From: Eledone cirrhosa
Lineage: Eukaryota
Direction: 5' to 3'
Assembly (NCBI GenBank): GCA_964016885.1
Contig: OZ024749.1
Span: 36,208,001-36,272,000, forward strand
DNA length: 64,000 nt
Below, in pieces: positions 12,471 to 26,572 of the stretch. The notes under the pieces were generated by a model. It did not search any database and was not told where the DNA came from. It saw only the letters and a list, made by a program, of their open reading frames with translations. Position 1 is the stretch's first letter, and each line of letters begins with the position of its first letter. The position numbers and the translations under genes are program-made.

Positions 12471-12880
12471 TCCGATGCTAAACCACTTGAAACTAATCCA
12501 TGGTTATATGATCTGAAACTGTTTATTTTAAAATGTTTATATTTATCTGAAAACCTTATAATTTTATTAACGAACCTTTAAGTTATGCTCCAAACATTAG
12601 TTTAATAACAAGAAAATTGTTACTAAATCTATCTAAATTCTTAATTATTTTCAAAATAAATTGAAAGTAATAGGTAGTGCCTTTTATGAAAAATACAGTA
12701 ATGAAAAGGTTAACCTATTCCATACTAAAACAGCTAAAATGACTCTGGTTTCTATGATATAAAACTGTTTATTTCAAAGTGTTTATATTTATCTAAAAAA
12801 AAAACCTTCGATCATAATTTTACATAAGAACTTTTGTTTATGGTCCAAACACCAACTTGATAATGAGAAAGATTTTTATA

Positions 12881-13028
12881 CAGTGAAGTTCCGTTATAAC
12901 GAAATTCATCGGGTATAAAAAAAATTTGTTATAACGAAAACATCGAGCATGTAGCTGGGAATTGAAAAAAGTTTTGTTATACTGAAAAATTCATTTTAAT
13001 GATATTCGTTATAACAGAATTTTACCTG
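12881..13028. mobile_element. TA-flanked pogo/Tigger-like MITE nested in MITE-B
   Basis: TA|cagtgaagttccgttataacgaa ... ttcgttataacagaattttacctg|TA, i.e. imperfect TIRs with a TA duplication. Confidence 0.65.
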
Positions 13029-14358
13029 TACTACTAAATCCTTCCAAAATAATTTGAAAATAACAGGCAGTGTCTTTCATTAAAAATATGGTAATGGAAA
13101 GGTTAACCATTCTTTCAGCATCTCTTTGAGGTTTCATTACTTGCCTACTTTTTGCTATTATTTTTCCAAATATTTGTCTTATTTCTATTTCTGCCTTAAG
13201 GTTGAAGTAGATTATAGAAATTATGCCCTGATCTCTACTAACTTCCAATCATTCTCTTCAGTTCCCTATTGATTTCTAGCATCATTTATCATATTTTCAT
13301 ATTACCATTTAATTACCTTCTTAAGACTTTGGTCTTGGAACTTACTGTCACCAATAAATTATACACTCCAATCACCCCACCACAAAATATCTCTCTCTCT
13401 TTCTCCAGTTTTTCTCTTATAATTATTATGGGGTGGGTTTGGTTTGGGAAGAGGGGAGAGGTATTACCCCTCCTCTTCAATAATCTCCCACAGAAGCTAG
13501 TTAGTTCTGCCACCACAACTGTCAAACTCTTAATCTTCAGTTGTCTGCAATTATTGGAAAATTAGTTTTGTTGTTATTGTGGTGGTGGTGGTGGTGCTGA
13601 TGATGATGATAGGGGTGATTATGACTGGTATGGGGGGGGGGTGATTGAGTGTGGTGGTAGTTGTGATGATGGTGATGACTGGTATGATGGGGGTGATTGA
13701 GTGTGGTGGTAGTTGTGGTGGTGGTGATGACTGGTATGGTGGGGGGGTGATTGAGTGTGGTGGTAGTTGTGATGATGGTGATTATAGTAGTTGTGATGAT
13801 GGTGATGACAGTGGTTTGGTGGGGGTGATTATGATATGGTGATGGTGATGACAGTGGTATGGTGAGGTGATTATGACAGGGTGGTAGTTGAGTGGGGGGG
13901 GTGATGACTGGTTTTTTTGGGGGGGGTGATTATGATGTAGTGATGGTGAGTGGTATGGTGGGGTGATTATGACAGGGTGGTAGTTGAGTGGGGGGGGTGA
14001 TGACAGTGGTTTGGTGGGGGTGGGGGTGATGTCAGTGGTTTGGTGGGGGGTGATTATGATGTGGTGATGGTGATGACAGTATGTGAATGCACATTGTTTA
14101 GTGGTGAAGGTGTTTGGTTCATTAATGCAAGGTTATGAGTTTGATTCCTGGTGGCATATTGTGTCCTTGAGCAAGACACTTTGTTGCTCCAGTCCACTTT
14201 ACTGGAAAAAATAAATTGTACCTGTAATTGAAAATCTTTGTCACACATATATCTATACCTACATGTTTATGTATACATGCACACACTCATATACATACAC
14301 ACATGTAGACATGCACCACACACACAGGTACATTCAAGCATGTAAATACACATATATA

Positions 14359-15000
14359 TAATAATAATAATAATGAAATTATTGTGTAAAGTGCTCAGGT
14401 GCACTACAACTCGTCAAAGGTGTATGTATAGTATAGAATAATACACAAATGTCAGGGAAGTACATGTGTGTATGTGTTAGCTGTAGTGTTGGCGGATCTC
14501 GGGAAGCATGGAGGCCTTAAAGGATGCAGTGTCTCGACAGCTAACAACTGATGCAGGTAGTTTGTTCCATGGAGGCCTTAAAGGATGCAGTGTCTCGACA
14601 GCTAACAACTGATGCAGGTAGTTTGTTCCATGGAGGCCTTAAAGGATGCAGTGTCTCGACAGCTAACAACTGATGCAGGTAGTTTATTCCATGGAGGCCT
14701 TAAAGGATGCAGTGTCTCGACAGCTAACAACTGGTGCAGGTAGTTTATTCCATGGAGGCCTTAAAGGATGCAGTGTCTCGACAGCTAAAAACTGATGCAG
14801 GTAGTTTGTTCCATGGAGGTTTTAAAGGATGTAGTGTCTAGACAGCTAACAACTGATGCAGGTAGTTTGTTCCATGCTTCAGCAACCCTGAGCGTGAAAA
14901 AATGTTTCCGAAAGTCATGGGAACTGTGCTGTTTTCTTACTTTGTGGGCATGTCCACGTGTGTTAGACACATGGAAATCAAAAAGGTACTCAGGGTACTT
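14359..15000 (-). mobile_element. CR1-clade LINE 3' fragment with internal 61-bp tandem amplification
   Basis: The minus strand encodes SNTRGHAHKVRKQ...RKHFFTLRVAEAWNKLPASVV..SFK, the typical CR1 ORF2 C-terminus, followed by a 3' UTR ending in (TTA)n near 14360. Confidence 0.85.
14507..14872. repeat. Six tandem 61-bp units inside the CR1 fragment
   Basis: Unit catggaggccttaaaggatgcagtgtctcgacagctaacaactgatgcaggtagtttgttc starts at 14507, 14568, 14629, 14690, 14751 and 14812. Confidence 0.95.
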
Positions 15001-15128
15001 TGGATGCATACACTCACACACATATACACAACACACCCTTGCACACAATCACACCTTTTGGTTTCATAACACTGATAGTCTGCATTATAAACCTTAATTA
15101 AAAATCTACATTATTAACATTACCATAT

Positions 15129-15309
15129 GGTGGATTGGCAGTATCGGTAGAGGGTCGGACGCCATGCTTTCCAGCATAGTTACGTCCCTTTACGATCCGA
15201 GTTCAAATCCCACCGAGGTTGACTTTGCCTTTCATCCTTACGGGGTCAATAAAATAAAGTACCAGTAATGCACTGGGTAATTGCTGGCCTTGTGCCTAAA
15301 GTAGAAACA
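15129..15309 (+). mobile_element. Family B SINE with 19-bp TSD
   Basis: TSD attattaacattaccatat at 15110-15128 and 15310-15328. Confidence 0.85.
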
Positions 15310-15322
15310 ATTATTAACATTA

Positions 15323-16127
15323 CCATATATATTTGAATATAAGCCATTCCCACCTTTATTTTATGTCTGAGAAATGGACAAAAATCTAAACCCTGTTTAT
15401 AAATCGAGGCAGGTAATCAACACATTGTTTTGAAATTCTCATGAGTGGAGAAAATATTTATGAAGTTTTAATATTTTGATATTTAACTCTTTAGCATTTA
15501 AACCAGCCATAACTGGTCAGAATTCTCTCACCTCTTTCTGTTCAAACCGGTCATAACTAGCCACTGATACTGATGTTGAGGTATTGTTCTCAAAATAAAT
15601 ATCAAAATCTCAGATTCGATTTTATGTGAGAAATAAATGTTTACTGTGAAAATACAATAATAAATATAGAATAATGTAAATGCTAAAGGGTTAAAATGTT
15701 TTAATTGTTGTATAGAATATAATTTTTGTTTTGCAAACCCACTATGCAATTACTTTTGAAGGGAGGGGTGGGGAAGACTGCAAGATAGAAACATAGGAGC
15801 GGCAGAGGAGTAAGAACAGGGAGAGAAAGAGAACAAGCAAAACAAAAGAAAACAAGATTTAATGAAAAAGTATAATTACATAAGTCACAGAGCATGTGTG
15901 TATATGCAGGGGATATTTATATATTAAAATGTTCAAGTAATAAAACTTTGTAGGAATGTTCTCAATGCATAAATAAAACTCACGCTGAGTAAATGTAAAA
16001 AAACAGTGTTTTATTGTGAAATAATCACTCTAGAAATTTTAGTACTTTATTTACATAGAATTTGAAGTTGGTGAAAATCATCAGAACATTGACCTCGAAT
16101 AGAAGTCCCCTAGCCACTTTTACCATC

Positions 16128-16165
<38 letters not shown>

Positions 16166-16201
16166 TCGCATTCCTCGGTTTATATTTGAGTATATATATG
16201 G
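15323..16201. mobile_element. TA-flanked Tc1/mariner-superfamily non-autonomous element
   Basis: Left end ta-ccatatatatttgaatataagcc, right end ggtttatatttgagtatatatatgg-ta. It interrupts the attaaaaatctacattat repeat that resumes at 16204. Confidence 0.55.
15487..15690. mobile_element. MITE-A copy (opposite orientation)
   Basis: TTAA ctctttagcattta ... taaatgctaaaggg TTAA. Further copies at 17458-17691, 44810-44911 (partial) and 55553-55770. Confidence 0.75.
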
Positions 16202-16203
16202 TA

Positions 16204-16946
16204 ATTAAAAATCTACATTATCAGTCTTAATTTAAAATATATACTATCAGTCTTAATAAAAACATCTGCATTATCAGTCTACTTCAAAACCTACATTACC
16301 AGGCTTAATTCAAAACCTATATTATCAGAATTATTTCAAAACCTACATTATCAGTATTAATTCAAAACCTACATTATCAGTGTTACTTCAAAACCTACAT
16401 TATCAGTATTAATTCAAAACCTACATTCATCATTTCATTTTACGTCCACTTTTCCCTGCTTGCAAGGGTGGGACGAGAACTGAGTCTGGCTTGATTTCTA
16501 CAGCTGGATGCCCTTCCTAACACCAACCTCATTTACAGTGAGTGCTGGGTGCTTTTTTGCCGTGGCACCTCCACGACCACTTTGCAGTGGAATAATATGG
16601 ACACCAGTCCCTATCATCTCATTTCTACAGCTGAGTAAACTGGAGCAATGTGAAATAAAGTGCCTTGCTCAAGGAAACAACACATCGACCTGTCTGAGAA
16701 TTGAACTCACAACCTTTCGATTGCAAGGCCAATGCTCTAACCACTAAGCCATGTGCCTCCATCAGTATTAATTCAAAACCTACATTATCAGTATTAATTC
16801 AAAACCTACATTATCAGTATTAATTCAAAACCTACATTATCAGTATTAATTCAAAACCTACATTATCAGTATTAATTCAAAACCTACATTATCAGTCTTA
16901 ATTCAAAACCTACATTATCAGTCTTAATTCAAAACCTACATTATCA
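16204..16946. repeat. 26-bp minisatellite interrupted by SINE A
   Basis: (attaattcaaaacctacattatcagt)n. Confidence 0.9.
16427..16760 (-). mobile_element. SINE family A copy inserted in a 26-bp minisatellite
   Basis: Reverse complement of the 6258 element, highly similar over its full length. Confidence 0.88.
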
Positions 16947-18759
16947 CACACATTCAGTATATCTACATATAGAACATTTATCTCTATTTATCTATGTCAG
17001 TGATTTCCAAACAGGAAGCACTTTGCTCTCAGGGGTGGAATTGGGGTGGAATCCAAACTCAGAAAGAATAGTATATATATTAAATGAAATACTATTATAC
17101 CCAACTACAGTGTATATTGTATATATATATCAAATGAAATACCAATATACCAAACTATAGTGTATATATGAAATGAAATACTAATATACCCAACTATAAG
17201 GGCAATCATGAATGAATTGTTCACAAAAAATACTGCTTCAGACTTAATCCAGTTTTGGACTATACAATTATCAAAGTATGAAAAGCTTGCTGATGTTAAT
17301 ATGGTGCTCAGATGGAGAGCTAACTAGATGACAATTGGAAATCAAGAAGAATTAAAGAAACCTGAGATTACAAGAAGAGAAATATATAAATGCAACAGCT
17401 AATACTTCAGAGATTATTAAAATAATTATAAATCATTGATATTAATGAATGTTTTAACCATTTATCGTTCACATTACTCTATATTTACTATTGTATTTTC
17501 ACTGTAAAGGCTTTACCTCACATATTTACCTCACATAATTATCTCACATAATATTTTGAATCTATGAGATTTTGATATTTATTTTGAGAGCAATACCTTA
17601 ACATCAGTATGAGTGGCCAGTTACAGCTGGTTTGAACAGAAAGAAGTGAGATAACTCTGGTCGGATACAGCTGGGTTAAAATGCTAATGCGTTAAACTAT
17701 TTTTGTCATACTTTTTTTTTCTAAATCTGTATTCAAAATTTATTTTCCTCTAAACCAGTTGTCATTGTTGTGTCTCACACCCGCATAGGATATGTTACTT
17801 GGTGTTGTTAATGATATGGCAGTGGTATTACTATTTATAATGTGATTCTTAATCTTAAATGGAGTGTCTTTGTAGTTTGATGTACAAAGCCAAGTTAATT
17901 ACCCATGTTACTGCAGTACCAGATTTCGTTAACTCTTGGGAAAATTAAGGATAATTAGCTTATGCCCTCCTCCCATTCTATCTCTAATTTCTTCCTAGTT
18001 TCTATATAAATCTTCTCAGCATGTTAACATGTTATGTATAACTCTGATTTATAAATGGCAACTTTTTATAGTCCAGTATTATCCTGTCAACATGTGTATA
18101 TAATCAACATATACTCTTACTATAAATGCATATATATATATATATATATATACATACACACACACACATGCTTAGATGTGTCTCTTTGTTTGTGTGTGTT
18201 TATATATATATATATGTATATGTATGTATAGTCACTGTATTGTCGATGTTATTTTGATCTCCAAAATAAGCGAAATATAACACCCAGCCTAAACCCAATC
18301 AGTGTGCTAATTAACGAAGCTAAAGTAAAACACTGTTAAAATATAATTAAGCTCAGGTTTAAATTAGATAATTAAAGCTAAGTTTTTAATGAGTTTTAAT
18401 TTTTCAATTTAATTACTTTATCAGAAAGTTTATATAAATTATAGCAGAGTTAATTGGTATAACTAAGGTAACATCTTAGTAGGTGGCGGTGTGTGTGGTG
18501 GAGTGGGAATGAGAGGCATGCAAGGTAAATGTTTTATATTTAAAATATTATACACTACTGCCATCTGATGACAGTATGATACATTGGTGTCACGTGGTTC
18601 TTTGATGGTAAATATAACAACTCTTTTCATACCGAACCACCCCTGGTTCTATGATACAAGACTGTTTATTGTAAAGTGTTTATATTTAACTAAAATATTT
18701 CATTAGGAATATGGTAATGAAAGGGTGGAAAAAACTGGATATAAGAGGAATCTGATATA

Positions 18760-19030
18760 TTGTGCAAGAGGGAAGGCCCACTGGTATGGACATGTGATTT
18801 ATATGGATAACTAGTGAGTGAAGAAGTACCAAGAAATTCCAGTGGAAGGGTGCAGCAGGAGAGGAAGACCAGGGTGGAAGTGGTGAGAGCTGATCTGGAA
18901 ATGCTGAAGCTTACAGAGATGATGATGGACTGCAATGGCCTGAGGGATGCTGTGCTGGAAAAAACACATCCAACCCATGCAAACATGGAAAAGAGACTGC
19001 AAAATGACAATGACAATAACGATGATGATA
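18760..19030 (+). mobile_element. Diverged RTE LINE 3' fragment
   Basis: ctggtatggacatgtg (WYGHV) and gaagaagtaccaagaaattccagtggaag parallel the RTE at 49150-49330. EVVRADLEMLKLT matches EVVRTDLRSLKLT. Ends in a gatgatgat tail. Confidence 0.8.
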
Positions 19031-19665
19031 TGTAATGTATGTGTCTCTGTATCTGGGAAGAGAAGGGACTGTAAATCATGAGGGTAGGAGTAAGAAGTAG
19101 AGTATAAAGAGGGGTAGGCATAAGAGAGACTGTATCCTGGAGGAGGGGTTACTGTAAATGCTATGAGCCCTGTCCCTCCCTACCCCTCTCTTGTCCTCGC
19201 CTATACATTATAACCAAACCAAACCAAACCATAAACCAAAGGAGATGACTTCCTGCCATAAGTCATAAATATCTCCAATAACAGCTTAAGTCATAAATAT
19301 TGACCATATATTTGGTAAAAACTCTAGTAATAACTGGCGAAAGTCATAAATCTGGATATAAAGTGAGTAAAACCTACTTGGAAACATTACTGGTTCATTC
19401 ACCTTTACTTAAGTGTATTTACAACACCTTCCTCTGTATGTCCGCACCACCATTATGGCCACTACTCCACACCACACCACACTTTGTTAAATGTAGTTAT
19501 GAAACATTCCTCTATATTCCTGTACCATCATTGTGGCCCCTATTTCACATCAGCACACACATGCCAGCTTTATAGCCACCACATCACATCACATCATATC
19601 AACATTTTCTCATGGTGATGTTTTTAATATTTATTGGTGCATTTGATAATAGGAAGAATTATATA

Positions 19666-20002
19666 TCATTTCATCATTTCATTTTACGTCCACTTTTCCC
19701 TGCTTGCAAGGGTGAGACGGGAACTGATTCTGGCATGATTTCTACAGCTGGATGCCCTTCCTAACACCAACCTCATTTACAGTGAGTGCTGGGTGCTTTT
19801 TTGCCGTGGCACCTCCACGACCACTTTGCAGTGGAATGATAGAGACCCCAGTCCCTATCATCTCATTTCTACAGCTGAGTAAACTGGAGCAATGTGGACT
19901 AAAGTGTCTTGCTCAAGGAAACAACACATCACCCAGTCTGAGAATTGAACTCACAACCTTTCGATTGCAAGGCCAATGCTCTAACCACTAAGCCATATGC
20001 CT

Positions 20003-20004
<2 letters not shown>
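19666..20004 (-). mobile_element. SINE family A copy
   Basis: Full-length reverse-complement copy with (TA)n flanks. Confidence 0.88.
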
Positions 20005-20042
<38 letters not shown>

Positions 20043-20260
20043 CCAGACATGTTTACGCATAGAGGGACAGACACATGTGTATGTGTGTGCGTGTGCATGT
20101 GTATATAAACATCCACATACACACATGTATTTTGGAGGTGCAGCATATTATCTCTGATGTTGAGTGTGGAAGAGTTCATTTTAATTTTTTTTTTATCTGA
20201 TTCTGTCAAAACCATTTTTGTGGATAATAAATACTTGGTAGTAGAGATGTTCGTGCGTGC

Positions 20261-20294
<34 letters not shown>

Positions 20295-20512
20295 ACTCTG
20301 CTACATTTAATGGTATTTGGCACTAAAGATGTTTTGGTGTGTGTGTGTGAGAGAGAGAAACGAGGGAGAGAATATATATATATCTGCAACATTCAATGTC
20401 AAACTAGTTTTACTAAAATACATTAAGGAAAGAAGAGTAACATCCCACTAAATCAGCATGACAAGCTCCAGTTGTCTTTATCAGTTTTCTCCATTTAAGA
20501 CACTGAATTGTG

Positions 20513-20925
20513 TTATCAACATTATCGGACACCACTCAACATTATCGGACACCACTCAACATTATCGGTCACCACTCAACATTATCGGTCACCACTCAAC
20601 ATTATCGGTCACCACTCAACATTATCGGTCACCACTCAACATTATCGGTCACCACTCAACATTATCGGACACCACTCAACATTATCGGACACCACTCAAC
20701 ATTATCGGACACCACTCAACATTATCGGACACCACTCAACATTATCGGACACCACTCAACATTATCGGACACCACTCAACATTATCGGTCACCACTCAAC
20801 ATTATCGGTCACCACTCAACATTATCGGTCACCACTCAACATTATCGGTCACCACTCAACATTATCGGTCACCACTCAACATTATCGGTCACCACTCAAC
20901 ATTATCGGTCACCACTCAACATTAT
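20513..20925. repeat. 20-bp minisatellite, ~20 copies
   Basis: (attatcgg[a/t]caccactcaac)n. Confidence 0.97.
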
Positions 20926-20929
20926 ATGG

Positions 20930-21190
20930 TCTCAAGCTCTGTTACGAGCCTGCTTCAAGGCCAGATCTGTGTCTACCAGGTCTTCCTTCACAGATTTACC
21001 TTGTCTCCTACACTTCTTCTCTTCTGGCTTGTATTTGAGGGAGGCTCTCACAGCTCGCTTCATGGACATGCGCAGCATATGGCCAAGCATCTTCTACCAT
21101 CTTAGAGATTGTATCCTGCAGATCACTCAGCATGCCAGCCCTTTCCATGACACAAAACATTGACAAATCTCTTACATTCAGCTCCCTTTC
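20930..21190 (-). mobile_element. Degenerate RTE-like LINE C-terminal fragment
   Basis: The reverse strand reads ..RW*KMLGHMLRMSMKRAVRASLKYKPEEKKCRRQGKSVKEDL.., resembling the RTE RWxGHxxRM...P..KR.RG...DL tail. Confidence 0.55.
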
Positions 21191-21372
21191 ATTGCTGTAT
21201 ATACCTCATGTCTAGATTCTCTTCTAGTTTACCAGATATTCGTTCTTCCATTAATTCCAGGTTTGACTCTTAGATCCTATGATACTACCTACTGTCCCAT
21301 TCCACTATATATACACCTACATATTTGTTTGTTTGTATATATATATATACATATACATATATCATATATATA

Positions 21373-21680
21373 TAATAATAATAATAATATTATTGTGTAC
21401 AGTGCTCAGGTGCACTACAACTCATCAAAGGTGCATGTATAGTACATAGAATAATGTACAAATGTCAGGAAAATAAACAGTGTATGAGTCATGATATAAT
21501 AACAATAACAATAATGAAATATTGTGCACAGTGCCCAGGTGCACCACAACCCATCAAAAAAGTGCATGTACAGTACATAGGGCAATGCACAAACATCAGT
21601 AAAATGAACAGTGCACGAGTCATGATACACACATGTGTGCATGTGTATGGAAGGGGCACATCAGGTGTAGTTTTGATATC
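21373..21680 (-). mobile_element. Two adjacent CR1 3'-UTR remnants
   Basis: (aat)n-attattgtgtacagtgctcaggtgcactacaactc...aaatgtcagg repeats the 3' end of the CR1 at 14359. A second diverged copy starts near 21510. Confidence 0.7.
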
Positions 21681-22129
21681 ATATATTTTGTACACATTAT
21701 ATTATATATTATAAAATAAAGTACCAGTAATGCACTGGGTAATTGCTGGCCTTGTGCCAAAAATAGAAACAATTATATTATATGTATGTTTTTAAAAATG
21801 ATATATATTATATAAAATATATATATGCAATCATAGAAAATAGATGTTAAACAATGATGATGATATACGTACATAAATACATATACACACATACATATAT
21901 ATTGTATGCATACACTCACACACATATATATTTATATATACACATACATTAACACATACATATATTGTATGCATACACACATACATATCTAGATATACAC
22001 ATACATGATCATGTGATCATACATATAATATAGTGTATATAATAATATATTGGACATTGAAATATAAAATACATACATGTATTGTATGCATACACACATA
22101 TTTATATATATACACATATTTGTAAGCAT

Positions 22130-23890
22130 AGACACATTTATATATACACATACATGAACACATACATATATTGTATGCATATAGACATATTTATATATAC
22201 GCATACATGAACATATACATATATTGTATGCATAGAGACATATTTATATATACGCATACATGAACACATACATATATTGTATGCATAGACATATTTATAT
22301 ATACGCATACATGAACACATACATATATTGTATGCATAGACACATTTATATATACGCATACATGAACACATACATATATTGTATGCATACACACATTTAT
22401 ATATACACATACATGAACACATACATATATTGTATGCATAGAGACATATTTATATATACACATACATGAACATATACATATATTGTATGCATAGAGACAT
22501 ATTTATATATACACATACATGAACACATACATATATTGTATGCATACACACATTTATATATACACATACATGAACACATACATATATTGTATGCATAGAG
22601 ACATATTTATATATACACATACATGAACATATACATATATTGTATGCATAGAGACATATTTATATATACACATACATGAACACATACATATATTGTATGC
22701 ATACACACATTTATATATACACATACATGAACACATACATATATTGTATGCATAGAGACATATTTATATATACACATACATGAACACATACATATATTGT
22801 ATGCATAGAGACATATTTATATATACGCATACATGAACACATACATATATTGTATGCATAGAGACATATTTATATATACACATACATGAACACATACATA
22901 TATTGTATGCATAGAGACATATTTATATATACACATACATGAACACATACATATATTGTATGCATAGAGACATATTTATATATACACATACATGAACACA
23001 TACATATATTGTATGCATAGAGACATATTTATATATACACATACATGAACACATACATATATTGTATGCATAGAGACATATTTATATATACACATACATG
23101 AACACATACATATATTGTATGCATACACACATTTATATATACGCATACATGAACACATACATATATTGTATGCATAGAGACATATTTATATATACACATA
23201 CATGAACACATACATATATTGTATGCATAGAGACATATTTATATATACACATACATGAACACATACATATATTGTATGCATAGACATATTTATATATACA
23301 CATACATGAACATATACATTATATTGTATGCATAGACATATTTATATATACACATACATGAACACATACATATATTGTATGCATAGAGACATATTTATAT
23401 ATACACATACATGAACACATACATATATTGTATGCATAGAGACATATTTATATATACACATACATGAACACATACATATATTGTATGCATACACACATTT
23501 ATATATACGCATACATGAACACATACATATATTGTATGCATAGAGACATATTTATATATACGCATACATGAACACATACATATATTGTATGCATACACAC
23601 ATTTATATATACACATACATGAACACATACATATATTGTATGCATAGACATATTTATATATACACATACATGAACATATACATTATATTGTATGCATAGA
23701 CATATTTATATATACACATACATGAACACATACATATATTGTATGCATAGAGACATATTTATATATACACATACATGAACACATACATATATTGTATGCA
23801 TAGAGACATATTTATATATACACATACATGAACACATACATATATTGTATGCATAGAGACATATTTATATATACGCATACATGAACATAT
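22130..23890. repeat. ~51-53-bp minisatellite
   Basis: Variants of catacatgaacacatacatatattgtatgcatagagacatatttatatataca. The array is bracketed by a direct repeat near 22021 and 23891. Confidence 0.93.
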
Positions 23891-26572
23891 ACATATAATA
23901 TAGTGTATATAATAATATATTGTACATTGAAATATATAACACAGTTCCCCATCCTCCACCCGCTGTAGCTTACCACAATCTGTCAGTTTCCTCTCCTCAT
24001 ACTACTACTCTTCCAGTCCCCTTCTCTTTACTCCACCATTTTCCTCTCTATATATATGTATATCATGGTTCCATTAATTATTGTTAAATATTGTTTCCAT
24101 AATTACAGTGATTAACGACTTCCAGTAAAACCTTTGTAGAAACTTAAACCAAAAACTTAACATTCTTCTTCTTTGTGTAATATTGAAGTGTTTGGTGGTG
24201 GTGGTGGTGGTGGTGGTGGTGGTGTGGTGTAGTGGTGGTGGTGGTGTGGTGGTGGTGTGGGAGTGGTCTTGGAAGTGATGGTGTGGACAGTGTTGGAAAT
24301 GATGATGGTGGTGTTATTGTTGGAAAAAGTTGTGTGGGTGATGGTGTTGGAAGTGGTGGTGTTGGTAGTGGTGGTGTGGGTGGTGGTGGTGTTGGAAGTG
24401 GTGATGTGGGTGGTGGTGGTTGTGGTGTGGGTGGTGTTGGAAGTGATGGTGTGGGTGGTGGTGGTGGTGTGGGCGGTGTTGGTAGTGGTGGTGTGGGTGG
24501 TTTTGGAAATGATGATGGTGGTGTTATTGTTGGAAATAGTGGTATGGGTGGTGGTGTTGGAAGTAGTGATGTGGGTGGTGGTGTTGTTGGAAAGTAGTGG
24601 TGTGGGTGGTGTTGTTATTGGAAGTTGTCATGGATTTGATAATGTTGGTGGTGTTTTTGGAAGTGGCTGTGTGGGTGTTGGTGGTATTGGAAACTGAAGT
24701 GGTGCATGGCTTAGTGTGTCTGAAGTGTGTGTGTGTGCATACGTATACCTGTCAGAATGTATGTGTATGTATATACCTGTCAGAAAGTGTGTGTGTATGT
24801 ACATACCTATTTGAAAGTAGTTCATTATTCTATTCTAAATGTCTATATACTTCCTGAAGTTTCTCCCAAATTCTTGTCCTCATTGGTACTTGGCCAACTT
24901 AATAAGAATGGGGAGGGAGGGGCAGCTTGTTTACCATTCTTCTGAATATCTCTAGGTCCTTGAGCAAAATATTTTATTTCATATTGCTCCTGGCAAAAAG
25001 TATATATGTGTATGTATATATATATGTACACACACCTCACACACACAAATGTATAATATATTTTTTACATGAATATTCATAACCATTTTTCATAAACTTG
25101 GCTCTGGTTTTATGAAACAATCCCCCCCTCCCCATTTTAAAGAGATCCTACATAGTTTTATATAAGAACTATTTGTTAAGTTACTTAGTAATGAAGTAAT
25201 TTTAGTAAATTCTTCAAAATTCTTCATTAATCGTTTTGCTACCAGCCCAGCCAAAACCAGCTCTGGTTCTATGAATTAAAACCACTTATTTAAAAAGGTT
25301 CCTATTTTAGTTTGCTTGAAGCATTGTGTTAGTGTATATAGTATGTTATTCAAAGGCTATGACACTGATAAACATGAGACATTTTAGAAAAATTGAAGGC
25401 AATGAAGATGTTAGTGTCTTACCTGTTATTTTATTTACCTGTCCTAATATTTTGTGGTTAAAATCCCTTCATCAGAAGATTACAATAAGGACTGGTTTGA
25501 AGCTTTGTGCATTTGTTGTTATAGGCACTTAATTTTATATAAGGACCATATATTACGTTACTATCTTAATATTGAAATAATTATTTTAGTAAATTCTTCC
25601 AAATTATTCAGTTTGCTTGAAATAGTGTATTTCATTAGAAATACAGTCACAAAAGGGTTAAATAACTTTAGGGTAGCAACTGTATGAACCTTAGTCACCT
25701 CTCACAGCTGTTCTCTAGTCAAGGGTCTTGGCAAATAGTTGCTACATGAACCTTAGTCACCTCTCACAGATATTCTCTAGTTAAAGGCCAGTGAGGCTAA
25801 GAAGACACAAAACATCAGAGCACTTAAGTGTTAGTTGATTTTTCATTTATTTTTCCTGCTTCCTTGGATTGTAGAAACCTACTATGATTGTAAAGATATT
25901 ATATACACTGCAAATTATATTTTACACTGTAAATTATATTTAACACACCAAATTATATTGTACACACCAAACTGTAAAAAACAAATACATAGAGCACACA
26001 TTGCAAGACGTATACTGTAACGCCCACAAAGTCATAAAAAAAATTATACTGTATGTATCAAAATATATTGCACACATCAAATCAAATTTTAGGTTAGTAA
26101 TTAAATTTTCATAGCAAATTGTCTGGAAATGGCTCGTTTTTACTATACAAAGCAGTTTGTTTTAGAGTATTTATATTTATCTAAAACTTTCCATAATAAT
26201 TTTATGTAAGAATCTTTGTTCCAAACACCAGATAAATATTGCAAAAGTTAGTTACATTACCAAACCCCTCCAAATTCTTATTTTTCTCACCACAGACTGT
26301 ATCTTTCATTAGTAATAGGGAAGTGAAATTCAAAACTATAGCCTGTGTCTTTCATTAGAAATATGGTAATGAAAGGTTTAATTATTAACAGACATAAAAT
26401 GTCCACCAATGACATAAACAATATTACCGTCCAGCATTAAGGACACTAAATTACTAATTATCTCTTACAATGAATGAATTAATTATCTGTTATTGAAGTA
26501 ATTAATATATATATGTTTCTATGTAATGTTATTTAATTTCTACTTTTTATCATTTGTTTCTTGTTTGTACAG

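Noticed and set aside
16508-16747. Recurrent 70-79 aa ORF (MPFLTPTSF...) seen five times
   Set aside because: An antisense reading of SINE family A, not a gene family.
16998-17060. hAT-like terminus cagtgatttccaaac
   Set aside because: No matching opposite TIR or 8-bp TSD could be identified by eye.
20458-21163. Three overlapping 176-217 aa ORFs and a CRISPR-like look
   Set aside because: A spacer-less 20-bp tandem repeat with no stop codons on the + strand. There are no unique spacers or cas genes, and the context is eukaryotic.
24195-24700. Gly-rich and Val-rich ORFs
   Set aside because: Degenerate (GGT)n repeat.
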